Below are positions 38,657 to 48,278 of a stretch of 64,000 bases of DNA, one piece after another. Location: the NCBI GenBank assembly GCA_965662235.1, contig CBFIGY010000003.1, positions 128,001 to 192,000 of the forward strand, in the 5' to 3' direction. The translations under genes were made by a program, and so were the position numbers. Numbering within the stretch: the stretch's first letter is position 1; the number at the start of each line of letters is the position of its first letter. This DNA is from an uncultured bacterium. GTDB taxonomy: Bacteria; SAR324; NAC60-12. The notes under the pieces were generated by a model, which was not told where the DNA came from, did not search any database, and saw nothing but the letters and a program-made list of their open reading frames with translations.

Positions 38657-40006
38657 TCAGTTCAGCGCCTGATTGAGGGCGTTCTGCAGGGTCTCCACCA
38701 TGCGGTCTGCATCTGCGGGTTGCAGGACCAGCGGTGGCGCCATGATGACGACGTTGCTGCGTCCCGGAACCGTGTTGCCGTTTCGGCCCACCAGCACTCC
38801 ATTTTGCTGGCAGTGGGCAATGATGCCCCCGACCTTGGCGCCATCCAGCGGAACCTTTGTCTCGCGGTCTTCCACCAGCTCCACCCCCATGAGCAAGCCC
38901 TTGCCCCGGATTTCACCCACCCAGGGGTGTGCGCCTAAGGAGTCACGCAGGAGGTTCATGGTGTATTCCCCCATCTGGCGAGCATTCTCCGGAAGCGCTT
39001 CCCGCTCAATGATCTCAATGTTCCGCAGGCCCACCGCTGTAGAAACGGGGTGTCCGCCGTAGGTGTTGATCTGCCGGAAGTGGCTCAGCCCAGAAGGATC
39101 GCCGTAGAACTTCTCAAAGATATGATCCTGCACCATTGTCGCGGCCAACGGCATGTAGCCGCTGGAGATGCCCTTGGCAAAGCTGAAGATGTCAGCGTAG
39201 GTGTTCCAGTTCTGGTGCCCGAACATCTTGCCCGTCCGGCCAAATCCGGAAACGACCTCATCAAAGATCAACAGGACGCCATAACGGTCACAGATCTCCC
39301 GGACGCGTGGAATGTAGTTATCCGGTGGCACGAGAATGCCGCCTCCGGAAATCATCGGCTCCATGATGAAGGCCGCAACGGTCTCAGCCCCCTCGTGAAT
39401 GATGGTCTCTTCCAGCATCCGGGCGCATTCCTCGCCATGCTCCTCAGCCGTCAGCTTCGGGTGGGCGCGATACGGATAAGGCGGCATGATGTGCAGAAAA
39501 CCGGGCGGCATCGGGTCGTATCCCATTTTCCGCTCCGCCTGTCCGGTCGCTGCCATGGAGCCCATGGTGTTGCCGTGATAAGCACGGTGCCGGGAGATGA
39601 TCTTGTACCGGCGCTCGCCCCCGGGCTTTCCGGACTGCAGGTGGTACTGACGGGCGATCTTGAAGGCCACCTCGTTCGCCTCGGAGCCGCTGCTGGAAAA
39701 GTACACGTGTCCTTCCAACCCCAGCATGGTCTTGAGCTTGTTGGCCAAGTCCACCGCAGGACTGTGGGTCATGACCGGAGCCAGGTAGGCCATGGTCTCC
39801 ATCTGTTCCTTGGCCACTTCTGCCAATTCACTCCGTCCGTAGCCAACGTTCACACACCAGAGGCCCGCCAGGCCATCCAGGTAGGTCTTGCCATCTTGGT
39901 CAGTGATGTAACAGCCCTTGGCCGTCACCATTTTATTGGCAGGCTTGTCTTGAAAGAGCTGGTGCTGCGTCATCGGACGCCACAAGTAATCAGGAGTCAG
40001 GCTCAT
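38657..40006 (-). CDS. tpa: Taurine--pyruvate aminotransferase (class III)
   Basis: Class III motifs GLWCVNVGYG, SGSEANE, DEVVSGFGRTG and AKGISSGY; located between xsc and ald. Confidence 0.75.
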   Translation of the reverse strand: MSLTPDYLWRPMTQHQLFQDKPANKMVTAKGCYITDQDGKTYLDGLAGLWCVNVGYGRSELAEVAKEQMETMAYLAPVMTHSPAVDLANKLKTMLGLEGHVYFSSSGSEANEVAFKIARQYHLQSGKPGGERRYKIISRHRAYHGNTMGSMAATGQAERKMGYDPMPPGFLHIMPPYPYRAHPKLTAEEHGEECARMLEETIIHEGAETVAAFIMEPMISGGGILVPPDNYIPRVREICDRYGVLLIFDEVVSGFGRTGKMFGHQNWNTYADIFSFAKGISSGYMPLAATMVQDHIFEKFYGDPSGLSHFRQINTYGGHPVSTAVGLRNIEIIEREALPENARQMGEYTMNLLRDSLGAHPWVGEIRGKGLLMGVELVEDRETKVPLDGAKVGGIIAHCQQNGVLVGRNGNTVPGRSNVVIMAPPLVLQPADADRMVETLQNALNQALN

Positions 40007-40083
40007 GGGAAATCCTCGTCAAAGGCACGAAAAAGAAGAGACGGACGTCTCTTGGAAACCTGGAAACAGGCGGGATCCCGTCA

Positions 40084-40109
40084 CTCCAGGAGGCAGGTGC
40101 CTCCCGGAG
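40084..40109 (-). other. Stem-loop just downstream of xsc (terminator or mRNA-stabilising element)
   Basis: Minus strand reads CTCCGGGAGGC-ACCT-GCCTCCTGGAG, an 11-bp stem with one G-U pair. Confidence 0.55.
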
Positions 40110-40118
40110 CACGGAGGC

Positions 40119-41834
40119 TTACTGGTACTTCTGCAGCAAGCGGACGGGGACCTTGAGCGCGTCCCGACGGAAGGGCTCTGCGAGCACATTGGCGCCGCCT
40201 TCAATGACGCCTTCAATGACGCAGGGCTTTCCGGAAGCAATGGCTTCCTGCACCACGTCCTGGACGTCATTGTAGTCCTCAACCCGGAAGCCCAAGGCAC
40301 CCATGTCCTTGGCCAGTTGAGCGTAGTTGGGGTTGGTCTTCAGGTTGGTTCCCACGTAGCGGTCTCCATAGAAGTCCACCTGATTCTTCTTCTCAGCACC
40401 CCACTCCATGTTGTTGGCCACCACGGCAATGACCGGAATGTCCTCACGGACCGCGGTCATCACCTCAGACAGTCCGCTGATGCCCCAAGCGCCATCGCCT
40501 TGGAAAGCAAAGACCGGTTTGTCCGGACGTCCCATCTTGGCGCCCATTGCCGCTCCGTAGGCAAAGCCACAGTTCCCCCAGCTCAGTGCCGCAAGGAACT
40601 GGCGGTTCTCAGTGAAGGTGAAGTAGCTGTTGGACATGGAGCAGTTGTTGCCGATGTCCGTGCTGATGATCGACCCTTCCGGAATGGCCGCAGACAGTTC
40701 ACGCAGGAAGCGTCGCGGGTGCATCAGCTTGTTCGTCGAGGTGGACCACTGCTCCTTCTCGTCTTCCCAGATCTGCTTCTCGCGAGAAACGGCTTCCATC
40801 ACCTCCGGGTTGGGTTCCAGTCCAGGCTTGAGGGACCGCAGCTCGGTCAGCAGCTCCCGGGTGAATTCCTTCACATCCGCCAAGCACGCCAGGTCCACCC
40901 GCCGGGTCAATCCCAGCACCTTGTGGTTGGCATCCACCTGAATGAGCTTGGCGCCGGCAGGCCAGTACTCCATGTCGTACTGCGGGAGGGTTCCGAACGG
41001 GCCCAAGCGGGTTCCCAGACAGATCACCACATCTGCCTGCGCGATGGTGCGCATGGCGGCCTTCGAACCGCAGTAACCAATCGGCCCCAAGGCCAACGGA
41101 TGCTGGTACGGGAAGGAATCGTTGTGCAGGTAGGTGTTGATGACCGGCAGCGTCATGTACTCTGCCAGAGCCTTGACCTCTTCCAACGCGTTCGACTGAG
41201 AAACACCGCCTCCCGCTAGGATGACCGGATTCTTGGCCGCAGCGATCATCTTCGCCGCCTCTTCTAGGTTTGCCCGAGAACCCGCACCTTGGGTCACATC
41301 CGGAGACGGGTAGACCTCATAATCGGTTTCTCCATAAAAGAGGTCCCGCGGAATGTTCAGCTGCGTGGGGCCCATGTCGGTCTTGGCGCGGTAGAAGCAC
41401 TGACGCGCAAACTCCGCCATCCGCTCGTAGCGGTTGACGTGTGCCTGAAACACCGTCTGCTTCTCAAACATCGGAAGCTGCTCCAGCTCCTGAAAACCTC
41501 CGTGCCCAATGCCCATCGTCCCAGTCTCAGGAGTGATGCAGACCACCGGAGAGTGCGCCCAGTAAGCAGCCGCCATGGCAGAAACAAAGTTCGCAATTCC
41601 AGGACCGTTCTGCGCGATGCAGACCTGCGGCTTCCCGGTCACCCGAGCCATGCCGTCTGCAGCATGTCCCGCTGCCTGCTCGTGCGCCACCGGCACAAAA
41701 CGGATGCCAGCCTGTGGGAAAATATCCAGAGCATCCATGAAGGCCGATCCCACAATCCCGAAGACCGTGTCCACGCCCTCTGCCACCAAAGTTTCCACCA
41801 GCGCTTCGCTGGGACTCATCCGTTCTTTTGCCAT
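40119..41834 (-). CDS. xsc: Sulfoacetaldehyde acetyltransferase (ThDP-dependent)
   Basis: FGIVGSAFMD, HEQ, AQNGPGI, STDIGN, GDGAWG...N, WGAEKKNQ and EPFRRDALK motifs. Confidence 0.95.
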   Translation of the reverse strand: MAKERMSPSEALVETLVAEGVDTVFGIVGSAFMDALDIFPQAGIRFVPVAHEQAAGHAADGMARVTGKPQVCIAQNGPGIANFVSAMAAAYWAHSPVVCITPETGTMGIGHGGFQELEQLPMFEKQTVFQAHVNRYERMAEFARQCFYRAKTDMGPTQLNIPRDLFYGETDYEVYPSPDVTQGAGSRANLEEAAKMIAAAKNPVILAGGGVSQSNALEEVKALAEYMTLPVINTYLHNDSFPYQHPLALGPIGYCGSKAAMRTIAQADVVICLGTRLGPFGTLPQYDMEYWPAGAKLIQVDANHKVLGLTRRVDLACLADVKEFTRELLTELRSLKPGLEPNPEVMEAVSREKQIWEDEKEQWSTSTNKLMHPRRFLRELSAAIPEGSIISTDIGNNCSMSNSYFTFTENRQFLAALSWGNCGFAYGAAMGAKMGRPDKPVFAFQGDGAWGISGLSEVMTAVREDIPVIAVVANNMEWGAEKKNQVDFYGDRYVGTNLKTNPNYAQLAKDMGALGFRVEDYNDVQDVVQEAIASGKPCVIEGVIEGGANVLAEPFRRDALKVPVRLLQKYQ

Positions 41835-41874
41835 TGTCCTCTCCGTACCTAGCTCGTCCTAAGGAAAACATTTT

Positions 41875-41987
41875 TGAGACCTTTGGTCTCATTTGACCGG
41901 ATGAGGCTAGCGAGCTAGCTCAGAGAAGTCCAGCAAATTCTCCGTGATTTTTGGGTAAATCTTGACAAAATTTACGAATTTGAGACC
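41875..41987. promoter_or_regulatory. Candidate IclR operator and promoter between xsc and iclR
   Basis: Perfect inverted repeat TGAGACC-TTT-GGTCTCA at 41875-41891; second half-site TGAGACC at 41981-41987; TTGACA at 41962-41967. Confidence 0.6.
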
Positions 41988-42059
41988 GTACTGGGGCTTT
42001 TTTGAGAAAATCCCTGATTCTTTGGGGTAATTTCGGCGCCTTTCTCACAAAGAAACCCC

Positions 42060-42821
42060 ATGGCCCAAGACGAAGGGCGAACGCTCCTGCGGCTTCTGGA
42101 AATCATTGAAGTCGTCTCCTCTGGCGAACGTCCTTACACGCCAACGGAGCTCAACGAGCAGCTGGCGTATCCCAAAGCAACCATCCACCGTCTGTGTGCC
42201 GTACTGGAACGCGAGGGGTGGCTGCAGCGCGAGCTGGACGGCAAGCGACTCTCTCCCGGCAGGCGACTCTACCGCACGGCAACAGGTGTCCTTGCCAGTG
42301 AGCAGGCCCGGACGCAGCGACACGCCGTGTTGATGCGCCTGGCCCGACTGGTCGGGGAAACCTGCAACGTTTCCATTCCGGATGGTAGCCAGATGCGCTA
42401 CATCGACCGGGTTGAAACCCACTGGCCCCTCCGGATGCAGCTTCCAGTGGGCTCGCGCGTTCCCCTCTACTGCACCGCCGCCGGCAAGACCTACCTCGCG
42501 TCTCTTCCCAAGCATCGCCGTCACAGCGTTGTCAGCAGCCTGGAGCTGATGCCTCGGGTTCCCAAAACCCTGACCACTCCGGTGGCCCTTGAGCATGAGC
42601 TGGACTGCATCGCCAAGCAAGGGTTCGGGCTGGACGACGAGGAGTTTGTTGAAGGCATGGTCTGTGTTGCGGTTCCCATTCACAACGAAGAGGGGCTGAT
42701 GTTTGCAACCCTCTCGTTTCATGCTCCCACCTCCCGCATGACGCTGGAAGAGGCCAAGCGGTTTGTCCCGGAGATGCAAAAGGCGGCTCAAGAGCTTGCG
42801 CAATTGCCCACGGAACCGTGA
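42060..42821 (+). CDS. IclR family transcriptional regulator
   Basis: N-terminal HTH (PKATIHRL); PLYCTAAGK and DDEEFVEGMVCVAVPI effector-domain motifs. Confidence 0.93.
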   Translation: MAQDEGRTLLRLLEIIEVVSSGERPYTPTELNEQLAYPKATIHRLCAVLEREGWLQRELDGKRLSPGRRLYRTATGVLASEQARTQRHAVLMRLARLVGETCNVSIPDGSQMRYIDRVETHWPLRMQLPVGSRVPLYCTAAGKTYLASLPKHRRHSVVSSLELMPRVPKTLTTPVALEHELDCIAKQGFGLDDEEFVEGMVCVAVPIHNEEGLMFATLSFHAPTSRMTLEEAKRFVPEMQKAAQELAQLPTEP

Positions 42822-44008
42822 TGCGGATTCTGGTTCTCAATGCCGGCAGCTCGTCGCTGAAAGCACAGGTGCTCTGCCTCCCAGAGGGGCTTGCAGAACG
42901 GACCTTCAGCGTCGAGCGGCTCGGAACAGAAGCCGCTCGGGCCGTGGTCCGAGACGCCACCGGCACCGCCCTTCCGGAACCGCCACCGCTGCGGGAACTG
43001 GATGACGCCCTCGCCTACCTTGCTCAACTCCTGCACGCCCTCGGACCGCTGGACGCCATTGGACACCGCGTGGTGCACGGAGGGGCATTCTTTCAGGAAG
43101 CCGCTCAGGTGACCCCAGAGGTTCAAGACGCCATCCGTCGCTGTGTGCCGCTGGCGCCGCTGCACAACCCGGCGAACCTCAATGGCATCGACGCTTGCTC
43201 CCGCCAGTTTCCGGAGTTGCCACAGGTGGCCGTTTTTGACACGGCGTTTCACCACACCCTGCTCCCGGAGGCGCAGACCTTTGCGCTGCCGCAGAAGTGG
43301 CAGGCCCCGGAGGTTCCGCTGCGCCGTTACGGTTTCCACGGCACCTCGCACCGCTACGTTCTTGAAGAAGTCGCTGCCCGCCGATCAGTCCCTCCCAACA
43401 CCCTCAACCTCATCAGCTTCCACCTTGGAAACGGCTGCAGCGCCGCTGCCATCCGTCAGGGGCAGTGCCTTGACACGACCATGGGACTGACCCCGCTCGG
43501 AGGGGTGATGATGGGAACCCGTCCCGGTGACCTTGACCCCGGAGTGCTGCTGCACCTACTCCGTGAAGGAGTAACGCCTGAGGAGCTTGACCACGGCCTG
43601 AACCGAGAAAGTGGCCTCCGGGCGCTCACCGGCAGCAACGACCTGCGTGACGTGATGGCGCAGCGCGCGGCAGGCTCTGCGGAGGCCGCCTTGGCCATTG
43701 ACCTTTTTGTCCATACCCTCCGCAAGACGCTGGGCGCCTACTGGGCGCTCCTCGAGCACGTGGACGCCGTCACCTTCACCGGAGGCATTGGCGAACACGC
43801 CCCTGAAATCCGGGAACGGCTTTTGAAAGGACTGGACCCGTGGGGGCTGGTGCTCCATCCGGAGTCCAACGCCGCGTCGTCCACAGAGGCACGGACGCTT
43901 CATGCAGCCCCCAGCACCACCGATATCTGGGTGATTCCAGCCAACGAGGAGTTGGCCATTGCCCGGGAAACGGCACGGGTGCTGCGTCCGAACGTAGCCC
44001 CGTCATAA
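42818..44008 (+). CDS. ackA: Acetate kinase
   Basis: LNAGSSSLK, GHRVVHGG, APLHN, FDTAFH, YGFHGTSH, HLGNG and FTGGIGE motifs. Confidence 0.96.
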   Translation: MMRILVLNAGSSSLKAQVLCLPEGLAERTFSVERLGTEAARAVVRDATGTALPEPPPLRELDDALAYLAQLLHALGPLDAIGHRVVHGGAFFQEAAQVTPEVQDAIRRCVPLAPLHNPANLNGIDACSRQFPELPQVAVFDTAFHHTLLPEAQTFALPQKWQAPEVPLRRYGFHGTSHRYVLEEVAARRSVPPNTLNLISFHLGNGCSAAAIRQGQCLDTTMGLTPLGGVMMGTRPGDLDPGVLLHLLREGVTPEELDHGLNRESGLRALTGSNDLRDVMAQRAAGSAEAALAIDLFVHTLRKTLGAYWALLEHVDAVTFTGGIGEHAPEIRERLLKGLDPWGLVLHPESNAASSTEARTLHAAPSTTDIWVIPANEELAIARETARVLRPNVAPS

Positions 44009-44125
44009 AACGGAGCCGTGCTCAGGCGCCTCCGGAAGCGGTGCTCTGCGGAGCCGTTGCCACGGTGAGCTTTGCCAAGGCCTGCGCCTTCATTTTTGTC
44101 CCAACCCCTCTCCCGAAAGTTCTGC

Positions 44126-44992
44126 ATGAAAGGAGTCATCCTCGCCGCGGGTTACGCCACCCGCTTTCTTCCGGCCTCCAAGACCATTCCCAAGGAGATG
44201 TTTCCCCTCATTGACCGACCGGCCATTGACTTCATTGTCCAGGAAATGGTCGACGCTGGCATTGAGGACATCCTGCTCGTCTCGTCTCGCCGCAAGAAGG
44301 TGATGGAGGACTACTTTGACCGCGAGGTGGAACTGTCGTCCGCCTTTGCGCAGAACAACCAAATTGAGAAGCTGGACCTGATCAAGCCGACCTCTGCGAA
44401 CATCTTCACGCTCCGGCAGCAGCACATGATGGGCACTGGAAATGCGCTGATGCTGGTGGAACCATTTGTCCAGGATGAGCCGTTTGTTGTCGCCTATCCG
44501 GATGACATTGTCTTTGGCACACCGCCACTGACCAAACAGCTGATTGACGCTTGGAAGGAAACCGGAGACACCATCCTGACGGTCAAGGAGCTTCCGGAAG
44601 AAGAGCTGGCGCGGTATGGGGTGATTGATCCCCAAGCCGAGGGCAAGACCATGAAGGTCAAGGCGATGATTGAGAAGCCGGCTCCGGGGTCGGCCCCTAG
44701 TCGCTTTGCGACGTATGGACGGTACCTTTACACGCCGGAGCTGTTTGACGCTCTGCGCATCAGCGACCACAGCCACGAGCACCATGGTGAGTTCACCCAG
44801 ACCGAAGCCATCAACATCCTCGCTGCCCGAGGGAAGGTGTCCGCGGTTCAGTTCGAAGGCACCCGCTACGACATCGGGGAACCGCTGGGGTACCTCATTT
44901 CCTCCGTCCAGATTGGCCTGCAGCGCCCGGAGATCCGGGAATCGCTGCTGGCAGAGTTGCGCCAGTTGGTGGCAGACGCCGACGCGTCCTAA
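44126..44992 (+). CDS. galU: UTP--glucose-1-phosphate uridylyltransferase
   Basis: LAAGYATRFLPASKTIPKEM, EKP and RYDIG motifs. Confidence 0.88.
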   Translation: MKGVILAAGYATRFLPASKTIPKEMFPLIDRPAIDFIVQEMVDAGIEDILLVSSRRKKVMEDYFDREVELSSAFAQNNQIEKLDLIKPTSANIFTLRQQHMMGTGNALMLVEPFVQDEPFVVAYPDDIVFGTPPLTKQLIDAWKETGDTILTVKELPEEELARYGVIDPQAEGKTMKVKAMIEKPAPGSAPSRFATYGRYLYTPELFDALRISDHSHEHHGEFTQTEAINILAARGKVSAVQFEGTRYDIGEPLGYLISSVQIGLQRPEIRESLLAELRQLVADADAS

Positions 44993-45876
44993 CGCCTCAC
45001 CAGCGCCTGCACCACCTGACGCACCCCAGCTTGCCACGGAGGCAGGTGCAGGCCAAAGGTGTCCCGCAGCTTCTGAGTGTCTAGCTCAGAGTTGGCGGGA
45101 CGCTTGGCAGGCGTCGGGTAGGCCTCTGTCGGAATCGCCTGCACCTGCTCTGGTCCTACCTTCAGCACCACTCCTTCCTCCTGAGCGACCCGCAGCACCT
45201 CACACGCAAAGGCGTGCCAAGTCGTCCGTCCTTGAGCGCTCAGGTGATAGGTTCCCCACGCCTCAGACCTGCCTTGCTGCAGGTGCCTCAGCAGGTGTGC
45301 CGTTCCATCAGCAATCAGTGACGCCGCGGTCGGAATGCCGAACTGGTCGGCAACCACCCGCAGCTCTTCCCGCTCCTGTGCCAGACGCAGCATCGTCTTG
45401 AGGAAATTCTGCCCCTGCTGTCCATAAACCCAGCTGGTCCGCAAAATCAGGTGCCGGACTCCGGTCGCCCGCAACGCCTGTTCCCCAGCCCACTTGGTTT
45501 TTCCATAGACTCCCAAAGGCCCCATTTCATCGTCCTCCCGGTACGCCTCTGGGGCATTTCCGGAAAAAACATAATCGGTGGAGTAATGCACCACAGCGCC
45601 CTTCCAACGCAGCACCTCCTCGCCTAACACCGCCGGCACCCGTGTGTTCACCTGAGCCGCGAGCTCTGGCTCGGTCTCTGCGCGGTCCACCGCGGTGTAG
45701 GCCGCAGCGTTCACCACCACTTCCGGTTGCTGCGCGCGCAGGAGGTTCCGCAACGCCGATTCGTCTCCCAAATCGCACTCAGCTCGCCCCACGCCCACTA
45801 CGTCTCCGACAGGCGCCAACGCCCGCAGCAGCTCCCAGCCCACCTGTCCTCTTGCTCCCAACACCAATACCCGCAT
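44989..45876 (-). CDS. rfbD: dTDP-4-dehydrorhamnose reductase
   Basis: GARGQVG, NAAAYTAVD, STDYVF, YGKTK, RTSWVY and YPTPAKRP motifs. Confidence 0.95.
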   Translation of the reverse strand: MRVLVLGARGQVGWELLRALAPVGDVVGVGRAECDLGDESALRNLLRAQQPEVVVNAAAYTAVDRAETEPELAAQVNTRVPAVLGEEVLRWKGAVVHYSTDYVFSGNAPEAYREDDEMGPLGVYGKTKWAGEQALRATGVRHLILRTSWVYGQQGQNFLKTMLRLAQEREELRVVADQFGIPTAASLIADGTAHLLRHLQQGRSEAWGTYHLSAQGRTTWHAFACEVLRVAQEEGVVLKVGPEQVQAIPTEAYPTPAKRPANSELDTQKLRDTFGLHLPPWQAGVRQVVQALVRR

Positions 45877-45997
45877 GCATCTCCTTGCAAACACCTGCTT
45901 TTTCAACACAGGAGCCGTTGACATCCTCCGGCAACCTGATAGCGTGACTAATAGTCAATTTTCCACTGAATCTCTTCGCCTCACTCCCGTTATGGTC

Positions 45998-47251
45998 ATG
46001 AAGACTTCCTTGCTCCTCCTAGGCATGTGCCTGTTTGCCTTTACCAGCTTTGGCTACGAATTTGAACGACGCCGGGACCAGTTTGACAGCAATTCCGGAT
46101 ACTTGGCGGTTCCTGCGCCCTACAGCTACCCCGGAATTGGAGAGGGCTTGGTCTTCATTGGCTATGCAGGCAACGTGCTGGAAACACCGATTGACGCCTA
46201 CGCCCTGCTGATTACTGGAGACGCCACCGGGCTCATTGCCAATGTCGATGAAGTCTTCCTCTATCCGGAAACGCTCTACCTCCGGTACTTCCGAATCGAC
46301 ATCCGCAAGTACGGCCGTAACTTCTATCAGAACCGGGGGATGGACACGGATAAGGAGGACTTCAGCGTTGCGGTGGGAGACCAGTACCTAGGGCGTGAAC
46401 CGTCGGTGAACCTCACCCTCTGGGAACGGCGCCTTGAGCTTTCCTACGGGCTGCGGCTTCAGGAAGGACGGATCACGGAACTCCGGACACCTGAAGGCGA
46501 GCTGCTGTCGTCCACCACACAAACCTTCCGGAGCGACGCCACCCGGGCCCAGCTGACCGTCGACCTGACAGACGACCGACAGGATCCGCGCTCCGGCCTC
46601 CGCGTTTCCCTCGACCAAGAACAGGTCACGGCCGCAGATTCCCTTAGCTCGGACTACACCATTCTGACCACCAACCTGAAGGCTTATGTCCCGATGCTGG
46701 GACAAAGCACCTGGGCTTTCAACTACTTCCGCTCTGCGGCCTCTGTCACCCGCACCGGCCTGACGGACCTCAACACCCTCAAGACCCTCCGGGGCATTGA
46801 TGCCTGCGCGTCGTCCCCCACCGTCGCCGAGCAGAACGCCTGTGAAGAGGCCGTCACACGAGACGCGCAGAACCAGCAACTGGCCAACCTGAACGGCACC
46901 GCCCGCTCCCTCGGAGGTCCAAACCGCCTGCGCTCCTATCCGGAAGAACGCTACCAGGGGGCGCACTCGCTGAGCTACGGCACTGAATTTCGCTGGAACC
47001 TGAAGACCGGGCAGGACCTGCTGAACTGGTACTTCCTGAGCGACATTCAGGAAGCCCTGCAGGTCGCACTGTTTTATGAACAGGGATCGGTAGCCGAATC
47101 CGTCGCGGACCTAGGGTCCATCTGGAGGAAGTCGTTTGGGGTGGGAGGACGTCTGGTGACGGGCTCCGGAAACGTGTACCGGCTGGACCTCGCTTCCGGA
47201 GATGAGGGAACGGAACTGACGGTTCTCTTTCAGTATCCGTGGCAAAATTAA
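45998..47251 (+). CDS. Omp85/BamA-TamA-like outer-membrane beta-barrel without POTRA domains
   Basis: Signal peptide; amphipathic strands; LGGPNRLRSY resembles the Omp85 loop-6 motif; aromatic C-terminus. Confidence 0.6.
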   Translation: MKTSLLLLGMCLFAFTSFGYEFERRRDQFDSNSGYLAVPAPYSYPGIGEGLVFIGYAGNVLETPIDAYALLITGDATGLIANVDEVFLYPETLYLRYFRIDIRKYGRNFYQNRGMDTDKEDFSVAVGDQYLGREPSVNLTLWERRLELSYGLRLQEGRITELRTPEGELLSSTTQTFRSDATRAQLTVDLTDDRQDPRSGLRVSLDQEQVTAADSLSSDYTILTTNLKAYVPMLGQSTWAFNYFRSAASVTRTGLTDLNTLKTLRGIDACASSPTVAEQNACEEAVTRDAQNQQLANLNGTARSLGGPNRLRSYPEERYQGAHSLSYGTEFRWNLKTGQDLLNWYFLSDIQEALQVALFYEQGSVAESVADLGSIWRKSFGVGGRLVTGSGNVYRLDLASGDEGTELTVLFQYPWQN

Positions 47252-47273
47252 CAAGAAGGGCTCGGTGACGGTT

Positions 47274-48275
47274 TCAGCCGACCGGGTCCACCTCCACGGC
47301 AATCACAGCAATCACGTCTCCCATGCCGATCAGGCCAGGAAAGTGCCGTCCGGTGAGAATGCCGTCAATCTCGCTACGGTACTCGCGAGCAGGGGCTCCG
47401 GTCCGAGTCACCTTATGCACCACGGCCACAACCTCGCCAGCGTGCACGCGGCTTCCTAGGTCCATCTTCATCTCCAACAAACCTGTTGATTCGCTGGTGA
47501 CAAAGCAACGGCCGTCCGGCATGTCCAGCTCAATGGTCGAACGGAATTCCGGCTCGCCTTCCAGAATTTCAGCATGCTGGAGCACATTCCGGATGCCCCG
47601 CTTGGCAATCTCGACTGAAGCCGCTGTTGCCGAACCTCCACCGCCCAGCTCCGTGGAAATGAACACCTTTCCCATCTCCTCAGCTGCAGTGTCGTACATG
47701 CCCACCGAGTCAATCTCCAGAAGCTGCACGCTGTAGGGCGCATTGAAGGCGTTCCGCGCGGCAACACACCGCTGCTCCTGCTCCTTGTTCGGCAGAACGT
47801 GCGAGGCACAGAAGGGCAAGAAATTCAGGGTCTTGCCTCCGGAGTGAATGTCCAGCACCACGTCTGCCATCGGAAGCAGCATGCGCTGAAAGTAGTCGGC
47901 AATTTTCTCCGTGACGGTGCCGTCGGGGCGTCCGGGGAACACGCGGTTCATGTTCCGGGAGTCAATGGGCGAGGTGCGCCGCGCCGCTTGAAACGCCGGA
48001 TAGTTCATGGCAGGTACCGCGATCACTCGCCCGTTGATGTCTTCCGGCTTGAGCGTGTTGACAAGGTCAAAGAGCGCAATCGGCCCCTCGTACTCTTCTC
48101 CGTGGTTGCCTCCGGTCAGCAACGCCGTCGGGCCACTGCCGTTGCGGATGACGGAGATGGGGATCATGATCGACCCCCACGCCGAATCGTCACGGGACCA
48201 GGGAAGCTTCAGGAAGCCGTGCTGCACGCCGTCCTGCTCAAAGTCAACGGTCGGAGAAATGGGACTGTCCAGCAT
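47274..48275 (-). CDS. doeB: N(alpha)-acetyl-L-2,4-diaminobutyrate deacetylase (EutE)
   Basis: SRDDSAWGSIMIP, GGNHGEEYEG, NMNRVFPG, DIHSGG and STELGGGG motifs. Confidence 0.93.
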   Translation of the reverse strand: MLDSPISPTVDFEQDGVQHGFLKLPWSRDDSAWGSIMIPISVIRNGSGPTALLTGGNHGEEYEGPIALFDLVNTLKPEDINGRVIAVPAMNYPAFQAARRTSPIDSRNMNRVFPGRPDGTVTEKIADYFQRMLLPMADVVLDIHSGGKTLNFLPFCASHVLPNKEQEQRCVAARNAFNAPYSVQLLEIDSVGMYDTAAEEMGKVFISTELGGGGSATAASVEIAKRGIRNVLQHAEILEGEPEFRSTIELDMPDGRCFVTSESTGLLEMKMDLGSRVHAGEVVAVVHKVTRTGAPAREYRSEIDGILTGRHFPGLIGMGDVIAVIAVEVDPVG

Positions 48276-48278
48276 GGC

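Noticed and set aside
39050..41219. 368-aa and 404-aa plus-strand ORFs opposite tpa and xsc
   Set aside because: Antisense shadows of well-supported genes in a GC-rich genome.
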